A DNA stretch of 60,892 nucleotides from a virus (Duplodnaviria > Caudoviricetes). Made by a program: the position numbers and the translations under genes. Below the pieces are notes generated by a model, which was not told the origin of the DNA, ran no database searches, and saw only the letters and a list, made by a program, of their open reading frames with translations. The stretch is from positions 1 through 60,892 of IMG/VR virus record IMGVR_UViG_3300046777_001724; one strand, given 5' to 3'. Position 1 is the first letter of the stretch. Each line of letters starts with the position of its first letter. Positions 10,755 through 20,109 of this stretch are shown here, piece after piece.

Positions 10755-11939
10755 TTAATCTTCAACTACCTTAAGTTTTCTTGCTGGTTTTGACACTTTT
10801 AGATTAAATATATTATCTTTATAAGTAAAAATAAACACTGTACCTTTAGGCATGTGAGACATAACTATTGATTTTGCAATCTTTGTTTCTATCTGCTCTC
10901 TTCTAATTTGAGAAAGGCCTCTTGCACCTTTGATCGTATCTATACCATTGTCAATTAAGCCATTGATAACGCTTTCATCGTATTCTATAGAATAACCTTT
11001 TTTGATCATCTTTTCAGAAATGATGTCCATTTCTAATTCTGCTATTTTTTCGCAGTCTTGTCTATTCAAATGGTTAAATACAACAATTTTATCGAGTCTA
11101 TTGATCAACTCTGGTTTAAAGTATTTTCTTATAGCATCGAGTGTATTTTTTTCCACCATTTGTCTTGGAGGTGTAATCGTGGTTGATGTTGAGTAATTAA
11201 CATTTCTATTAAAGCCTGCACCAGTTCCTATGAGATTGTCTACTGTCTTATCGTTTCCTAAATTCGTAGTCATAACTATTACAGTATCCCTAAAGTCAAT
11301 TTTGTCACCCTTGCCATCAGTTACAAAACCCTCGTCAAAAATAGACAAGAATGTATTCCATATGTCAGGATGAGCTTTTTCCACTTCGTCGATCAATACT
11401 ACTGAGTGCGGATGCTTTTTAATTTGATTAACTAGCTGACCACCCTCATCGTGACCCACATACCCTGGAGGAGAACCTATTAATTTTTGGTTTTCATGTT
11501 TATGTTGAAACTCTCCACAGTCTATGCGAACCATTGGATAATCTTCAGCAAAAAGGTAGTTGTGTAAGGTTGAAGCAAGATGTGTTTTTCCGACGCCAGA
11601 AGAGCCTGCAAAAAGAAATACGCCTAATGGTCGCCCATCGTCATTTAAACCCGCCTGAGAGCGTAGGAGAGCTGCACAGATAGAATCTACTGCCTCATCC
11701 TGACCTATAATATTTGATTTCAAATGATGTTCAAGGCCCAGATACTTTTGCTTGGATATTTTTTTAGTATTAGGCTTCTTCTTTTGGTTCTTGTCTGAAG
11801 CTGATGCTCTATCCTTTGCTTTTGATATAAGCTTTTGTATCTCACTAAAATTTAAATCATCATCCATGTCTTGATTGCCAGGAGCTGATGCATATGCAAT
11901 TGCTACCCAGTAATCTATGTCCAATCCAGGATTCAACAT
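10755..11939 (-). CDS. ClpA/ClpB-family AAA+ ATPase (second NBD only)
   Basis: IIGQDEAV, GSSGVGKT, KLIGSPPGYVG, LIDEVEKAHPD, FKPELINRLD, GARGL. Confidence 0.9.
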   Translation of the reverse strand: MLNPGLDIDYWVAIAYASAPGNQDMDDDLNFSEIQKLISKAKDRASASDKNQKKKPNTKKISKQKYLGLEHHLKSNIIGQDEAVDSICAALLRSQAGLNDDGRPLGVFLFAGSSGVGKTHLASTLHNYLFAEDYPMVRIDCGEFQHKHENQKLIGSPPGYVGHDEGGQLVNQIKKHPHSVVLIDEVEKAHPDIWNTFLSIFDEGFVTDGKGDKIDFRDTVIVMTTNLGNDKTVDNLIGTGAGFNRNVNYSTSTTITPPRQMVEKNTLDAIRKYFKPELINRLDKIVVFNHLNRQDCEKIAELEMDIISEKMIKKGYSIEYDESVINGLIDNGIDTIKGARGLSQIRREQIETKIAKSIVMSHMPKGTVFIFTYKDNIFNLKVSKPARKLKVVED

Positions 11940-12186
11940 TACGCATCCGTGTGTACAATGCTTCTATGCATCTTTCTGCATCAGGTCTTGTCATTAAACT
12001 TAGTGCCGATGAGATCTCAGACTTAAGATTGAATATTACATACTGCAGAATCTTTCTTTTTCTGTCTTTCTCATTCTTTGTATTTATTTGAGAAATAAAC
12101 GATTCTATTTCTTCTGGTTCTAAAACTTTGTATTTAACATACACATTTAGGTCCGGAACATATATTTGATATAACTTCATTCTCAT
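11860..12186 (-). CDS. Probable N-terminal domain of the Clp ATPase (extra base at 11949)
   Basis: Removing one base gives EALYT-GCV-MLNPGLD, in frame with 10755..11939. Confidence 0.6.
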   Translation of the reverse strand: MRMKLYQIYVPDLNVYVKYKVLEPEEIESFISQINTKNEKDRKRKILQYVIFNLKSEISSALSLMTRPDAERCIEALYTRMRNVESWIGHRLLGSNCICISSWQSRHG

Positions 12187-12509
12187 CCGGCTTTCTCTAA
12201 TCTTACTTTAAAATAAGGATATATACTATATAGAGTAATATTAATATATATTAATATATTAGTATATATTAACATATATGTATATAGTAAAGGGGGTAGG
12301 GGGTAGGGGGTCACGTTCAAGCTTACTATATTTCGTCACCCTATGCAAATGGATCTTCCATATTTTTTGGAATATCTTCTATGCTAGGATGTGGTTCGAG
12401 ACAAGGCCCGAGAGAATGCCCAATATCTTAAAAGATCCACTGGATAGTGAAATCTATTCTTGAGTAAAAATATTGCTCTGTAAAAATCTTCATCTAGTTC
12501 TATTTTGCG

Positions 12510-12537
12510 TTGCATTGTTGCACCTTTCGTGTATACT
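12510..12537 (+). promoter_or_regulatory. Sigma70-type promoter upstream of the recA operon
   Basis: TTGCAT-N16-TATACT, ~40 nt upstream of ATG 12578. Confidence 0.5.
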
Positions 12538-12577
12538 GTGACCTACCAATTATACCATCAACCAGAAGGAATAAAAA

Positions 12578-12772
12578 ATGCCAAAAGAAATTAAACCATC
12601 ATATGCCTACCTCAAACAACTGTTTGATCTACGTGACAAGACACGTGAAGCAATGCTGGGTAATGATCCAGAGTCTCAGGCAGAACTCCGTTTTGTAGAA
12701 ACAAGAATTGTAGACAAGATTAGAGAAGTTCAGGCTGCGCTTGGATATAAGAACCCAAAGGTGATAAACTAA
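12578..12772 (+). CDS. Hypothetical protein
   Basis: AAGGA SD; directly upstream of recA. Confidence 0.7.
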   Translation: MPKEIKPSYAYLKQLFDLRDKTREAMLGNDPESQAELRFVETRIVDKIREVQAALGYKNPKVIN

Positions 12773-12776
12773 TCAC

Positions 12777-13757
12777 ATGGAAGATTCAAAAGCATTAGAA
12801 GTTGCTATCGCTCAACTAGAGCGACAGTTTGGTGCGGGTTCAGTTATGAAGCTGGGTTCGTCAGAAGTTCAACCCTGGCCAGCAGTACCAACAGGTGCTA
12901 TGACGCTAGACAATATTTTAGGAATTGGTGGTTTGCCAAGAGGTCGCATTGTCGAAATCTATGGTCCAGAATCATCAGGTAAATCAACAATTGCATTGAC
13001 TGTTGTAACAGAAGCTCAGAAGATGGGACTCAAGTGTGCATACATTGACGCAGAGCATGCATTGGACCCAGTATACATGCAAGCACTTGGTGTGAATCTT
13101 GATGAATTAATTTTCTCCCAGCCAGACTACGGCGAACAAGCTCTAGAAATTGTAGACCGCCTTGTTCGTACGGGCGAACTGGGTGTTATCGTTATTGACT
13201 CAGTAGCTGCACTTATTCCTAAGGCTGAGCTTGAAGGCGAGATGGAAGCAGCTCAGATGGGCTTGCAAGCACGTCTTATGGCTAAAGCTATGCGTAAGTT
13301 AACTGGTCTTGCCTCTGAGAATAAAACACTATTACTTTTCATCAACCAGCTTCGTAATAAGATTGGCATTATGTTTGGTAATCCTGAGACGACACCTGGT
13401 GGTATGGCACTCAAGTACGCATCATCTGTTCGTATCGATTTGCGCAAGAAAGAAGACCTCAAGTCCAAAGACGGAGAAGTCATTGGAGTAAAGGTTAAAG
13501 GTAAGATTATTAAGAATAAGATGTCTCCTCCGCTAAAGATAGCTGAGTTCGATATCATGTATGGAAAAGGTATAGATCAATATGGATGTCTTTTTGATGT
13601 TGCACTGGATAAGGGAATCCTTAGCCAAAAAGGTGCGTGGGTTCAATACAATGGTGAGTCGTTTGCTCAAGGTCGTGACAATGCGATCGAAAAGCTAAAG
13701 ACAATGCCAGAGCTTATTGACATGATCAAAAACCATAATGGAAAGAAAAATGACTAA
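12777..13757 (+). CDS. recA: RecA recombinase
   Basis: GGLPRGRIVEIYGPESSGKST, DAEHALDP, IDSVAAL, FINQLR, ETTPGGMALKY. Confidence 0.98.
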   Translation: MEDSKALEVAIAQLERQFGAGSVMKLGSSEVQPWPAVPTGAMTLDNILGIGGLPRGRIVEIYGPESSGKSTIALTVVTEAQKMGLKCAYIDAEHALDPVYMQALGVNLDELIFSQPDYGEQALEIVDRLVRTGELGVIVIDSVAALIPKAELEGEMEAAQMGLQARLMAKAMRKLTGLASENKTLLLFINQLRNKIGIMFGNPETTPGGMALKYASSVRIDLRKKEDLKSKDGEVIGVKVKGKIIKNKMSPPLKIAEFDIMYGKGIDQYGCLFDVALDKGILSQKGAWVQYNGESFAQGRDNAIEKLKTMPELIDMIKNHNGKKND

Positions 13758-13911
13758 GTTTGTTTCAAACAGTTGTGAAGATTGTTCATATCCTCCCAAT
13801 CATATAGTCTCTTCACTTCCCTCTAAGGAGGATGGAACTCTAAGATTTTCAGTGAAGTGTAGAGATTGTAATGATTCTTGGGAGGAGGACTTCACAGATG
13901 AAAACTCTTAA
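13750..13911 (+). CDS. Small zinc-ribbon protein (53 aa)
   Basis: MTKFVSNSCEDC...KCRDC; overlaps the recA stop. Confidence 0.7.
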   Translation: MTKFVSNSCEDCSYPPNHIVSSLPSKEDGTLRFSVKCRDCNDSWEEDFTDENS

Positions 13912-14005
13912 TCGAACCTGCTTTTCGCCGGACAAAATTTTTTAGATTTTTTACCATTTACAAAGTTACTATAGAAGTAATATTTAATATGTAATTGGAG
14001 ATTAT

Positions 14006-14767
14006 ATGTCCTTTCGAGGAAGAACATTTGCCAGTTTATTTACACAGGCAGCTGAAAACGCAACGTCAAGTGTAAGAACGGTAAAAGGTGTTAATCATGC
14101 CTCCACTCAAGTTGCTAGAGCTGTCTCTTCTGGTAGAGGGGTTGGAACATCTAGTGGAGTAAGAGCTGTTCTAGAAAAGCCTAAGATGGTCACAGAAATG
14201 TTTGACGATATTCCTGGTATCAGAACAGACTTATTCTCAAGAACTAGAGACAGTTGGGATGAGATCTTAGAAGATCTTGACTATGCTCTAGGTCCTCGTG
14301 TTATCCATGCCTCCAACCAAGAAGGTTTGTCTACTATTTCTCCCATGAAGGGATCTGCTCACGCAATACAAGGACAATATGGACTTGACGCAGAATCTAG
14401 CGTAGCTTTTGCCTATAATCCTGAGAGTATTTTCTATAATGATAATGCTGCCCAATTAGCTGGTAAACTTGCTGCAACAGCTGGAGAGGCTTCTACTAAA
14501 ACTGGTTCTCCAACAGTTTATATGGCTAAGGCTCCTCTTAGTGGATTAAGTAACCATCCCGATCTTGCAGACAAAGGGTGGTATATGTCTTTTAAACCAT
14601 TGAGAACTTTAGATTCTGAACCCTTACAACCAGGTAATACTAGAAGAATAGAAGATATGATTAGAAGGGTAACTGGAGAAGCCTCACCTGAAGAGAAGCT
14701 AGCTGAACTACAAGCTTATAACGCAGCTCGTGCAGCTGAACGAGCCAATAAACCATCAGTTGCTTAA
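14006..14767 (+). CDS. Hypothetical protein with basic N-terminus; possible ADP-ribosyltransferase-like C-terminal domain
   Basis: GGAG SD; RVIHASNQEGLSTISP..VAFAY..VYMAK is only weakly ART-like. Confidence 0.55.
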   Translation: MSFRGRTFASLFTQAAENATSSVRTVKGVNHASTQVARAVSSGRGVGTSSGVRAVLEKPKMVTEMFDDIPGIRTDLFSRTRDSWDEILEDLDYALGPRVIHASNQEGLSTISPMKGSAHAIQGQYGLDAESSVAFAYNPESIFYNDNAAQLAGKLAATAGEASTKTGSPTVYMAKAPLSGLSNHPDLADKGWYMSFKPLRTLDSEPLQPGNTRRIEDMIRRVTGEASPEEKLAELQAYNAARAAERANKPSVA

Positions 14768-14772
14768 AGTAT

Positions 14773-15054
14773 ATGGACTTTATAAAGAAAATATTAGACC
14801 TATTCAATGAAGCTGGTGTAGAGTTTCCTTTTGATCGTTTTGATCTTCCTGAAGATGAGATCAATGAAATGATAGTGACCATTCACACTAAAGAAGATGG
14901 AAAAATAGTTTTCAATCTCTTTGATAAAGATGAGTGGGCTATGGTAGAAGATATCTGCCAACTGACAGAACAGATGCCCTCAGAAGTTGTTCCTAGCTTA
15001 GACTTGGATAATAATACTCGTACAATAGTCATAGATCCAAAAGATTACGAGTAA
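14773..15054 (+). CDS. Acidic hypothetical protein
   Basis: ORF track, operon packing. Confidence 0.7.
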   Translation: MDFIKKILDLFNEAGVEFPFDRFDLPEDEINEMIVTIHTKEDGKIVFNLFDKDEWAMVEDICQLTEQMPSEVVPSLDLDNNTRTIVIDPKDYE

Positions 15055-15090
15055 ATCCGCGGTTAAAAAATTTTAAATATATACATTAAT

Positions 15091-15127
15091 AAAAAGACCC
15101 CCAAGGAAAACTCCAAGGGGGTCTTTT
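15091..15127. terminator. Bidirectional intrinsic terminator
   Basis: AAAAGACCCCC...GGGGGTCTTTT between convergent genes. Confidence 0.8.
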
Positions 15128-15145
15128 GACATATAAGGCTACAGA

Positions 15146-15352
15146 TTAATAATCGTATCCATAGTTTTCTGAATCGTAGTCTTCGTATCTATGATCGTCT
15201 TGTATTGTACTACCGTAGTAAGCCTTAGCGTAGCTAGATGCATCCATTTCTGATTCTAACCACTGTAGACAGTCTGGACAACGTAACACGCTAGCTACCT
15301 GGTCGTCTTTCACTACAAACTCTGTACCACATTTTGGACAGTCCATAAACAT
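15146..15352 (-). CDS. Small zinc-ribbon protein with acidic Tyr-rich tail
   Basis: CPKC..CPDC, AAGGAG SD. Confidence 0.75.
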   Translation of the reverse strand: MFMDCPKCGTEFVVKDDQVASVLRCPDCLQWLESEMDASSYAKAYYGSTIQDDHRYEDYDSENYGYDY

Positions 15353-15512
15353 AACTTAAATTCTCCTTGATGAATTTAGCATTAGTAATAATACTTCAGA
15401 TGGTGTTATCTGGAGTGACGATAACTATACACATAATCTCTAGCATCTGTCTAGTCATATTGGAATATTTCTGGATTATTTGTTTTTTCGCCGGCCATCT
15501 TGTATAGACATG

Positions 15513-15632
15513 TATAGAGCTATATAGATTCTTACACACTGAAAATGTAGGGAAAAATTTTTGAGGCCAAACCTGTATGTAGATATATAGACCTATATAA
15601 ATTCTTATACCTATGAAATAGGGGGAAAATTT
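15513..15632 (+). repeat. Imperfect ~47 bp direct repeat, 2 copies
   Basis: TATAGAGCTATATAGATTCTTAC..TGAAAATGTAGGGAAAAATTT (15513-15560) vs TATAGACCTATATAAATTCTTAT..TGAAATAGGGGGAAAATTT (15586-15632). Confidence 0.65.
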
Positions 15633-15723
15633 ATAAGCGGGTAATAGTGAGTATATGTCATGCTCAAGACCTTTAACGTGCCCACGGGGGTATGGGGTCT
15701 ATTGAAAATAGAAAGATAAAGAA

Positions 15724-16227
15724 ATGAATAAGTTAAACATAGTAGTAAGTGAAATGTGGAATACATTGTTGATGGGTATTGGTATTGTAATTGATGGTCG
15801 TATCATTACAGTAGGTGATAATAGTGCAATGTTGTTTTATGTAAAAGAAGATACTTATGTAGATAAGTATGAATATACAAAGATTCAATTATTAGTTGCA
15901 TATGGAGAATGTGGTGTTATATGGTATGAACTAGACGCATATAACAATGGTAATAATTGGGAATTGATTAATACAGTAGTAGATACACGATATGTGTATG
16001 GAATCCATGTAGGTAATTTAATTAAGTCTATTGATGGTAAGGAATGCATATCATCAAATGGTGACTATGTTGGTTATGGTATTGACCATGCAGAGTTGCT
16101 AGAGGCAATTAAGGCTAATAATGATATGGGTAACTATAGCGATTTTCATGTTTCGTGGGATGAATATCTTACGCAAACATGGATCCAAGCAGAGTCATTC
16201 TTTGCAGATCCAATCTTTGATATATAA
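15724..16227 (+). CDS. Hypothetical protein, first gene of the early-type region
   Basis: ORF track; followed by a terminator. Confidence 0.7.
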   Translation: MNKLNIVVSEMWNTLLMGIGIVIDGRIITVGDNSAMLFYVKEDTYVDKYEYTKIQLLVAYGECGVIWYELDAYNNGNNWELINTVVDTRYVYGIHVGNLIKSIDGKECISSNGDYVGYGIDHAELLEAIKANNDMGNYSDFHVSWDEYLTQTWIQAESFFADPIFDI

Positions 16228-16377
16228 ATAATGTAATCAAAGTAAAGAGAAAGGTGTATGTAATGTACACCTTTTTCTTTTATGGGTAGGTCTAAGACCT
16301 TTAATTACTGTAGCTGTACATACAGTAGCCTGCGTAGATGAGCGCATCTCATCACTAACCATACTCTAGGAGGAGTC

Positions 16378-16707
16378 ATGGCACAATTCACCATCTTCGC
16401 GTTGATCATTCAGATGATCAGCTCGAATCCAAAAGCATACAGCGAAGCTTGTTCAGACGCATTGGTCTGGAATGACCTTCTCTGTGCAGACAACTTGCAG
16501 AATGGTATCTACCATCTCTACATGTGTCATCCAGCAATTCTTCGTGAGGTTCCATACCTCGTAGAAGAAGTGACCATTGCTGAGATTAAGAAGGCGTTGA
16601 ACATGCCTGATAATCATTGGCATTCATACAACCGTGCATCTCTTGAAGAGATTGCTGCTGCTACCCGCATTGATTTGTCGGGTCGCCCAGTAATTAGCTG
16701 GAGATAA
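16378..16707 (+). CDS. Hypothetical protein
   Basis: AGGAGG SD; terminator downstream. Confidence 0.75.
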   Translation: MAQFTIFALIIQMISSNPKAYSEACSDALVWNDLLCADNLQNGIYHLYMCHPAILREVPYLVEEVTIAEIKKALNMPDNHWHSYNRASLEEIAAATRIDLSGRPVISWR

Positions 16708-16777
16708 TCAACACAAAGAAGAACCTCAGTCGTACAGGACTGGGGTTTTTCTTTTATGGGTAGGTTAAAGACCTTCT

Positions 16778-16925
16778 AGTCCTGGTTATTGGGGACTATA
16801 AATAAACTGTAAGTCCGATACTTACGTAATAACAGGAACCATGCGAATGATACTTATCATGCTTAATCGTGAGATTAAGAATAACTATGTATTAGGAAAT
16901 GCACGAGCCTTACGACAACAGTGCA
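16778..16925 (+). ncRNA. Structured 5' leader with tandem pseudoknots, copy A
   Basis: Homologous to 17722-17847 and 23095-23180, with compensatory base changes. Confidence 0.65.
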
Positions 16926-16943
16926 TAATAAAGGGGAATTAAC

Positions 16944-17318
16944 ATTTCCACAACACATAACACACCATTGTTCCCTTACTCAAAGGGATTCAATCCAGCA
17001 TACCCAAATCGCAGGTATGAGTCACAGTATCCTGGCGTCCAACAAGCACCATTGGGATTCTGGGGTAATGACTTCGGTGGCAATATGCGTCGTCCTGTAC
17101 TGACAAATTATACCATTGTTGGTCGTGACACTGGCATCTTGTACCTGCGTTCAAAGACAGGCGATTCCAATGACATCTTTGTAATCAACTTCCATACAGA
17201 TCCTCATTACTTTGAGTATCATTTTCTTGGCAAGAAGGCAAGTTTTGTAGGAAGCCTTGAATGGGACAACATTGCACAAGGCCATTATTTTACATGGTCT
17301 TGCAAGCTTGAGGGTTAA
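16944..17318 (+). CDS. Hypothetical protein (possible ATT start at 16944; TTG at 16968)
   Basis: AAGGGG SD 7 nt before an in-frame ATT. Confidence 0.65.
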   Translation: MSTTHNTPLFPYSKGFNPAYPNRRYESQYPGVQQAPLGFWGNDFGGNMRRPVLTNYTIVGRDTGILYLRSKTGDSNDIFVINFHTDPHYFEYHFLGKKASFVGSLEWDNIAQGHYFTWSCKLEG

Positions 17319-17426
17319 TAACTCTTAAAAAAGAATCCCCTGCTACACATCCAGTGTAGTGGGGGTTTTCTTTTTATGGGTAGATCCAAGACTTTGTAGG
17401 TCATCTATTCAGAAAGGAGGGTGAAC

Positions 17427-17594
17427 ATGTTTGAAGTTCACAGTCCAGACTTTGGCACATACATTCTTTGCGAGCACTGCTACAAAGAAGAAAAAGCCAA
17501 GTTTGCAAATGCTGAGTTTCTCAGCGTTGCAAAACTTAAAGAAGCAGATCACCTTAACTGCCATAAGTGCAGTCTTGGTACTCTTCTTTATTAA
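17427..17594 (+). CDS. Small CxxC..CxxC protein (55 aa)
   Basis: AAAGGAGG SD; MFEVHSPDFGTYILCEHC..NCHKC. Confidence 0.75.
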   Translation: MFEVHSPDFGTYILCEHCYKEEKAKFANAEFLSVAKLKEADHLNCHKCSLGTLLY

Positions 17595-17721
17595 AGTCTG
17601 GTAATTCCGAATAAGATTCGGGGCTAGCACATAGCCTGGCAACAGAAGTGTGCAAAAAGAATTACCCCTGGGGAGAAATCCCTGGGGGTTTTCTTTTTAC
17701 GGTTAGGTTTACAACCCTACC

Positions 17722-17847
17722 AGTCCGAGCTATTGAGGACTTTAAATAAACTGTAAGCTGGATGCTTACGTGATAGTAAGAACCATGCGAATGACGCTGG
17801 CATGTAAAACAACTTGCATTAGGAAACACATGAGCCTTAACAGTGTG
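17722..17847 (+). ncRNA. Structured 5' leader with tandem pseudoknots, copy B
   Basis: See copy A; ends just before the AAAGGAGGT SD. Confidence 0.65.
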
Positions 17848-17865
17848 TTAAAAGGAGGTGTCCAA

Positions 17866-18135
17866 ATGGACGCAATCGTAAACTGGTTTCGTGGACTTCC
17901 ACGGAACATTCAGATCATCATGTTGCTGGCAACATTTATCTTCATCTTGGATGAGATCGTTATTGGTCTTTTCTTTGGTGCATGGGATGTGACCGGCTTC
18001 ATTATTCGTAATGTCAACTGGGGAGCAGTTCTGCTTGCTCTCTTGGCATTTGGTGGATATGCAGTCTACCGCTGGTTCACCAGTGACGAAGAAGATGAAG
18101 AAGAAGAGTACGACAGCTGGGATCTCTACCGCTAG
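17866..18135 (+). CDS. Small membrane protein with acidic tail
   Basis: AAGGAGGT SD; two hydrophobic segments. Confidence 0.8.
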   Translation: MDAIVNWFRGLPRNIQIIMLLATFIFILDEIVIGLFFGAWDVTGFIIRNVNWGAVLLALLAFGGYAVYRWFTSDEEDEEEEYDSWDLYR

Positions 18136-18237
18136 TCATACGCAAGAAGATGTTCCCCTGGGGCTTTGGCTCTGGGGAACTCTTTTTATGGGTAGTAACC
18201 AGGTCATAAGACCTAACCCAAACCACGGAGGTAAAAC

Positions 18238-18378
18238 GTGGCTTACAAGAAGAACACCCCGGTGCTGCCGTTCCAGCAGCCCATCCACCCCAGGTTCAAG
18301 GAGCAGGACTGCTTCGAGACCCGCCGCCACTGGAGGCACATCCCCAACCACAACGTCAAGCCGAAGACGCACAAGTAG
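18238..18378 (+). CDS. Small basic protein (46 aa, GTG start)
   Basis: GGAGGT SD; nearly all codons end in G/C; followed by a terminator. Confidence 0.65.
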   Translation: MAYKKNTPVLPFQQPIHPRFKEQDCFETRRHWRHIPNHNVKPKTHK

Positions 18379-18462
18379 GCAACAAAGAAAGCCCCAGGGT
18401 GAGTTCCTGGGGTTTTTCTTTTATGGGTAGGGCTAAGGCCCCTAAAACAAAAGGAGAAACCC

Positions 18463-18999
18463 ATGTCGTCATCAGACAACAACAAGAAAGGTGGTATCAT
18501 GAAGAAGTTCATTTTCTTCACTTGCCATAACTCATATGTCACCATAACGGTAGACAAAGCTGGGGACATCGTTAAGATGTTCTGGTTCCAACCAGGCACA
18601 TCGTGTCGTCGTCTCGAGTTGATCAATCCAAAGATCATGCTCGATGGTGCCACATTCGATGGCCCCTTCTTGCCATTCAGTGAAGCACACTGGAACATTG
18701 GTGGAAACTTCAGGATTGCTGCTCAAGACATTTTCTGTCTGAGCATTAAGCCAAAGTATATCCCTACATGTAAGGAATGTGGTACATTCCCAGTGTTTGA
18801 ATGGCGATGCTTGTCACACGATGGTATTCGTGAGTACAGCCAGGGATACAACCCTAAGTGCATTATGTGCGAAGGAATGGAAGAAGAACCACTTCCATTC
18901 GTCTCACGCGCATCTGACATCGGTAAAATGATGAAAGATGCACTCGATGCAATCCTCAACTTTACAACAGATGAGGAGGACGGAGGAGACTTCGTCTAG
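18463..18999 (+). CDS. Hypothetical protein with CxxC pairs
   Basis: AAGGAG SD (alternative start 18499). Confidence 0.75.
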   Translation: MSSSDNNKKGGIMKKFIFFTCHNSYVTITVDKAGDIVKMFWFQPGTSCRRLELINPKIMLDGATFDGPFLPFSEAHWNIGGNFRIAAQDIFCLSIKPKYIPTCKECGTFPVFEWRCLSHDGIREYSQGYNPKCIMCEGMEEEPLPFVSRASDIGKMMKDALDAILNFTTDEEDGGDFV

Positions 19000-19113
19000 A
19001 ACAACCAAATAAAGATAGAGCCCCGGTGCAGTACCCCCCGCTGCACTGGGGTTCTTCTTTTATGGGTAGATTTAAGATCCCTATTCTGGGACACCCAACA
19101 GAAAGGAGATGCG

Positions 19114-19422
19114 ATGAGCATCTATTGGAAGAGGAGAATAGCAGTTTTGCTTATTCTCATGATGACATTGTTTGTCATTAAGAAGGCAGATAATACTGTC
19201 AAGGAATACCTGGATAATGACTGGGCTTGTAAGCATCTGATGGTGATCACTGTTCAGAAGGACATGACTCTATCTGAAATTGTGGAGCAGCAGATTACCA
19301 ATGGAAACTGTCAGGGATACGAGGGGCTTCTTGCTTATCTCGTTGAAAAGAACAGTGACTACGGTTCGATCATCTATCCAGGTGAAACAATTACCATCGA
19401 TTCCTACGGAAGCGATAAGTAA
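19114..19422 (+). CDS. Membrane-anchored LysM-like protein
   Basis: YWKRR plus TM helix, then ITVQKDMTLSEIV...IIYPGETITI. Confidence 0.65.
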   Translation: MSIYWKRRIAVLLILMMTLFVIKKADNTVKEYLDNDWACKHLMVITVQKDMTLSEIVEQQITNGNCQGYEGLLAYLVEKNSDYGSIIYPGETITIDSYGSDK

Positions 19423-19461
19423 TAAAGGTCTCATGAAAACTGAGAAAAGAAAGGAGGAGCC

Positions 19462-19548
19462 ATGTTGGCAACATTCATCGTGTTCTACGGACTCATGATT
19501 GTCACCATCAAGGTGATGCGGAAGGCGTTCCGCGCAGAACTGGGTTAA
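19462..19548 (+). CDS. 28 aa single-TM peptide
   Basis: AAGGAGG SD; MLATFIVFYGLMIVTIKVMRKAFRAELG. Confidence 0.6.
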   Translation: MLATFIVFYGLMIVTIKVMRKAFRAELG

Positions 19549-19830
19549 ATCCCAGAAAAGAGTACCCCAGGGTCAGTTCCTGGGGTTTCTCTTTTATGAG
19601 TAGGCCATAGACCCCTACGAGGAAAGGACAATCTCAAATGAGATGTCTATGTTACATATTAATGAAACGGCACACGTGTTTGTGTGCTGTTGTCCGTATT
19701 GCTGCTACCGGGACCTCTCGTGATGGGTGTAAGTGATTAGTTATCTTAATCTTTTTTTATGAGTAGATCCCAGACTTTAGAATAAAGTCGTCTACCCAAA
19801 CAGAGCGGTCTGCATTGGAAAGGGCAGATC

Positions 19831-20109
19831 ATGAACATCAAAGAAGAGAAAGACTTCTTAATCAGTCAGATTGAGGTTTATAAGGCGATATTAAAGTCAC
19901 CTCACGCTACTGATAAATATAAGGCAGCTATAAGCACAAAGCTTCAATCTTTTGAGGCACGATATGTGTTAATAACAACACCACGCAACTACATGGTTGA
20001 TTCCACGCCTCACTACAAAGAGGTTTGGATTGACGGGGAATTATTCCTTGAATGCACATCATGTGGTGCAGACGGTCCCGGCAACTGTGGATGCTGGGTA
20101 ACCGACTAA
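19831..20109 (+). CDS. Hypothetical protein with C-terminal Cys cluster
   Basis: SD upstream; terminator downstream. Confidence 0.7.
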   Translation: MNIKEEKDFLISQIEVYKAILKSPHATDKYKAAISTKLQSFEARYVLITTPRNYMVDSTPHYKEVWIDGELFLECTSCGADGPGNCGCWVTD

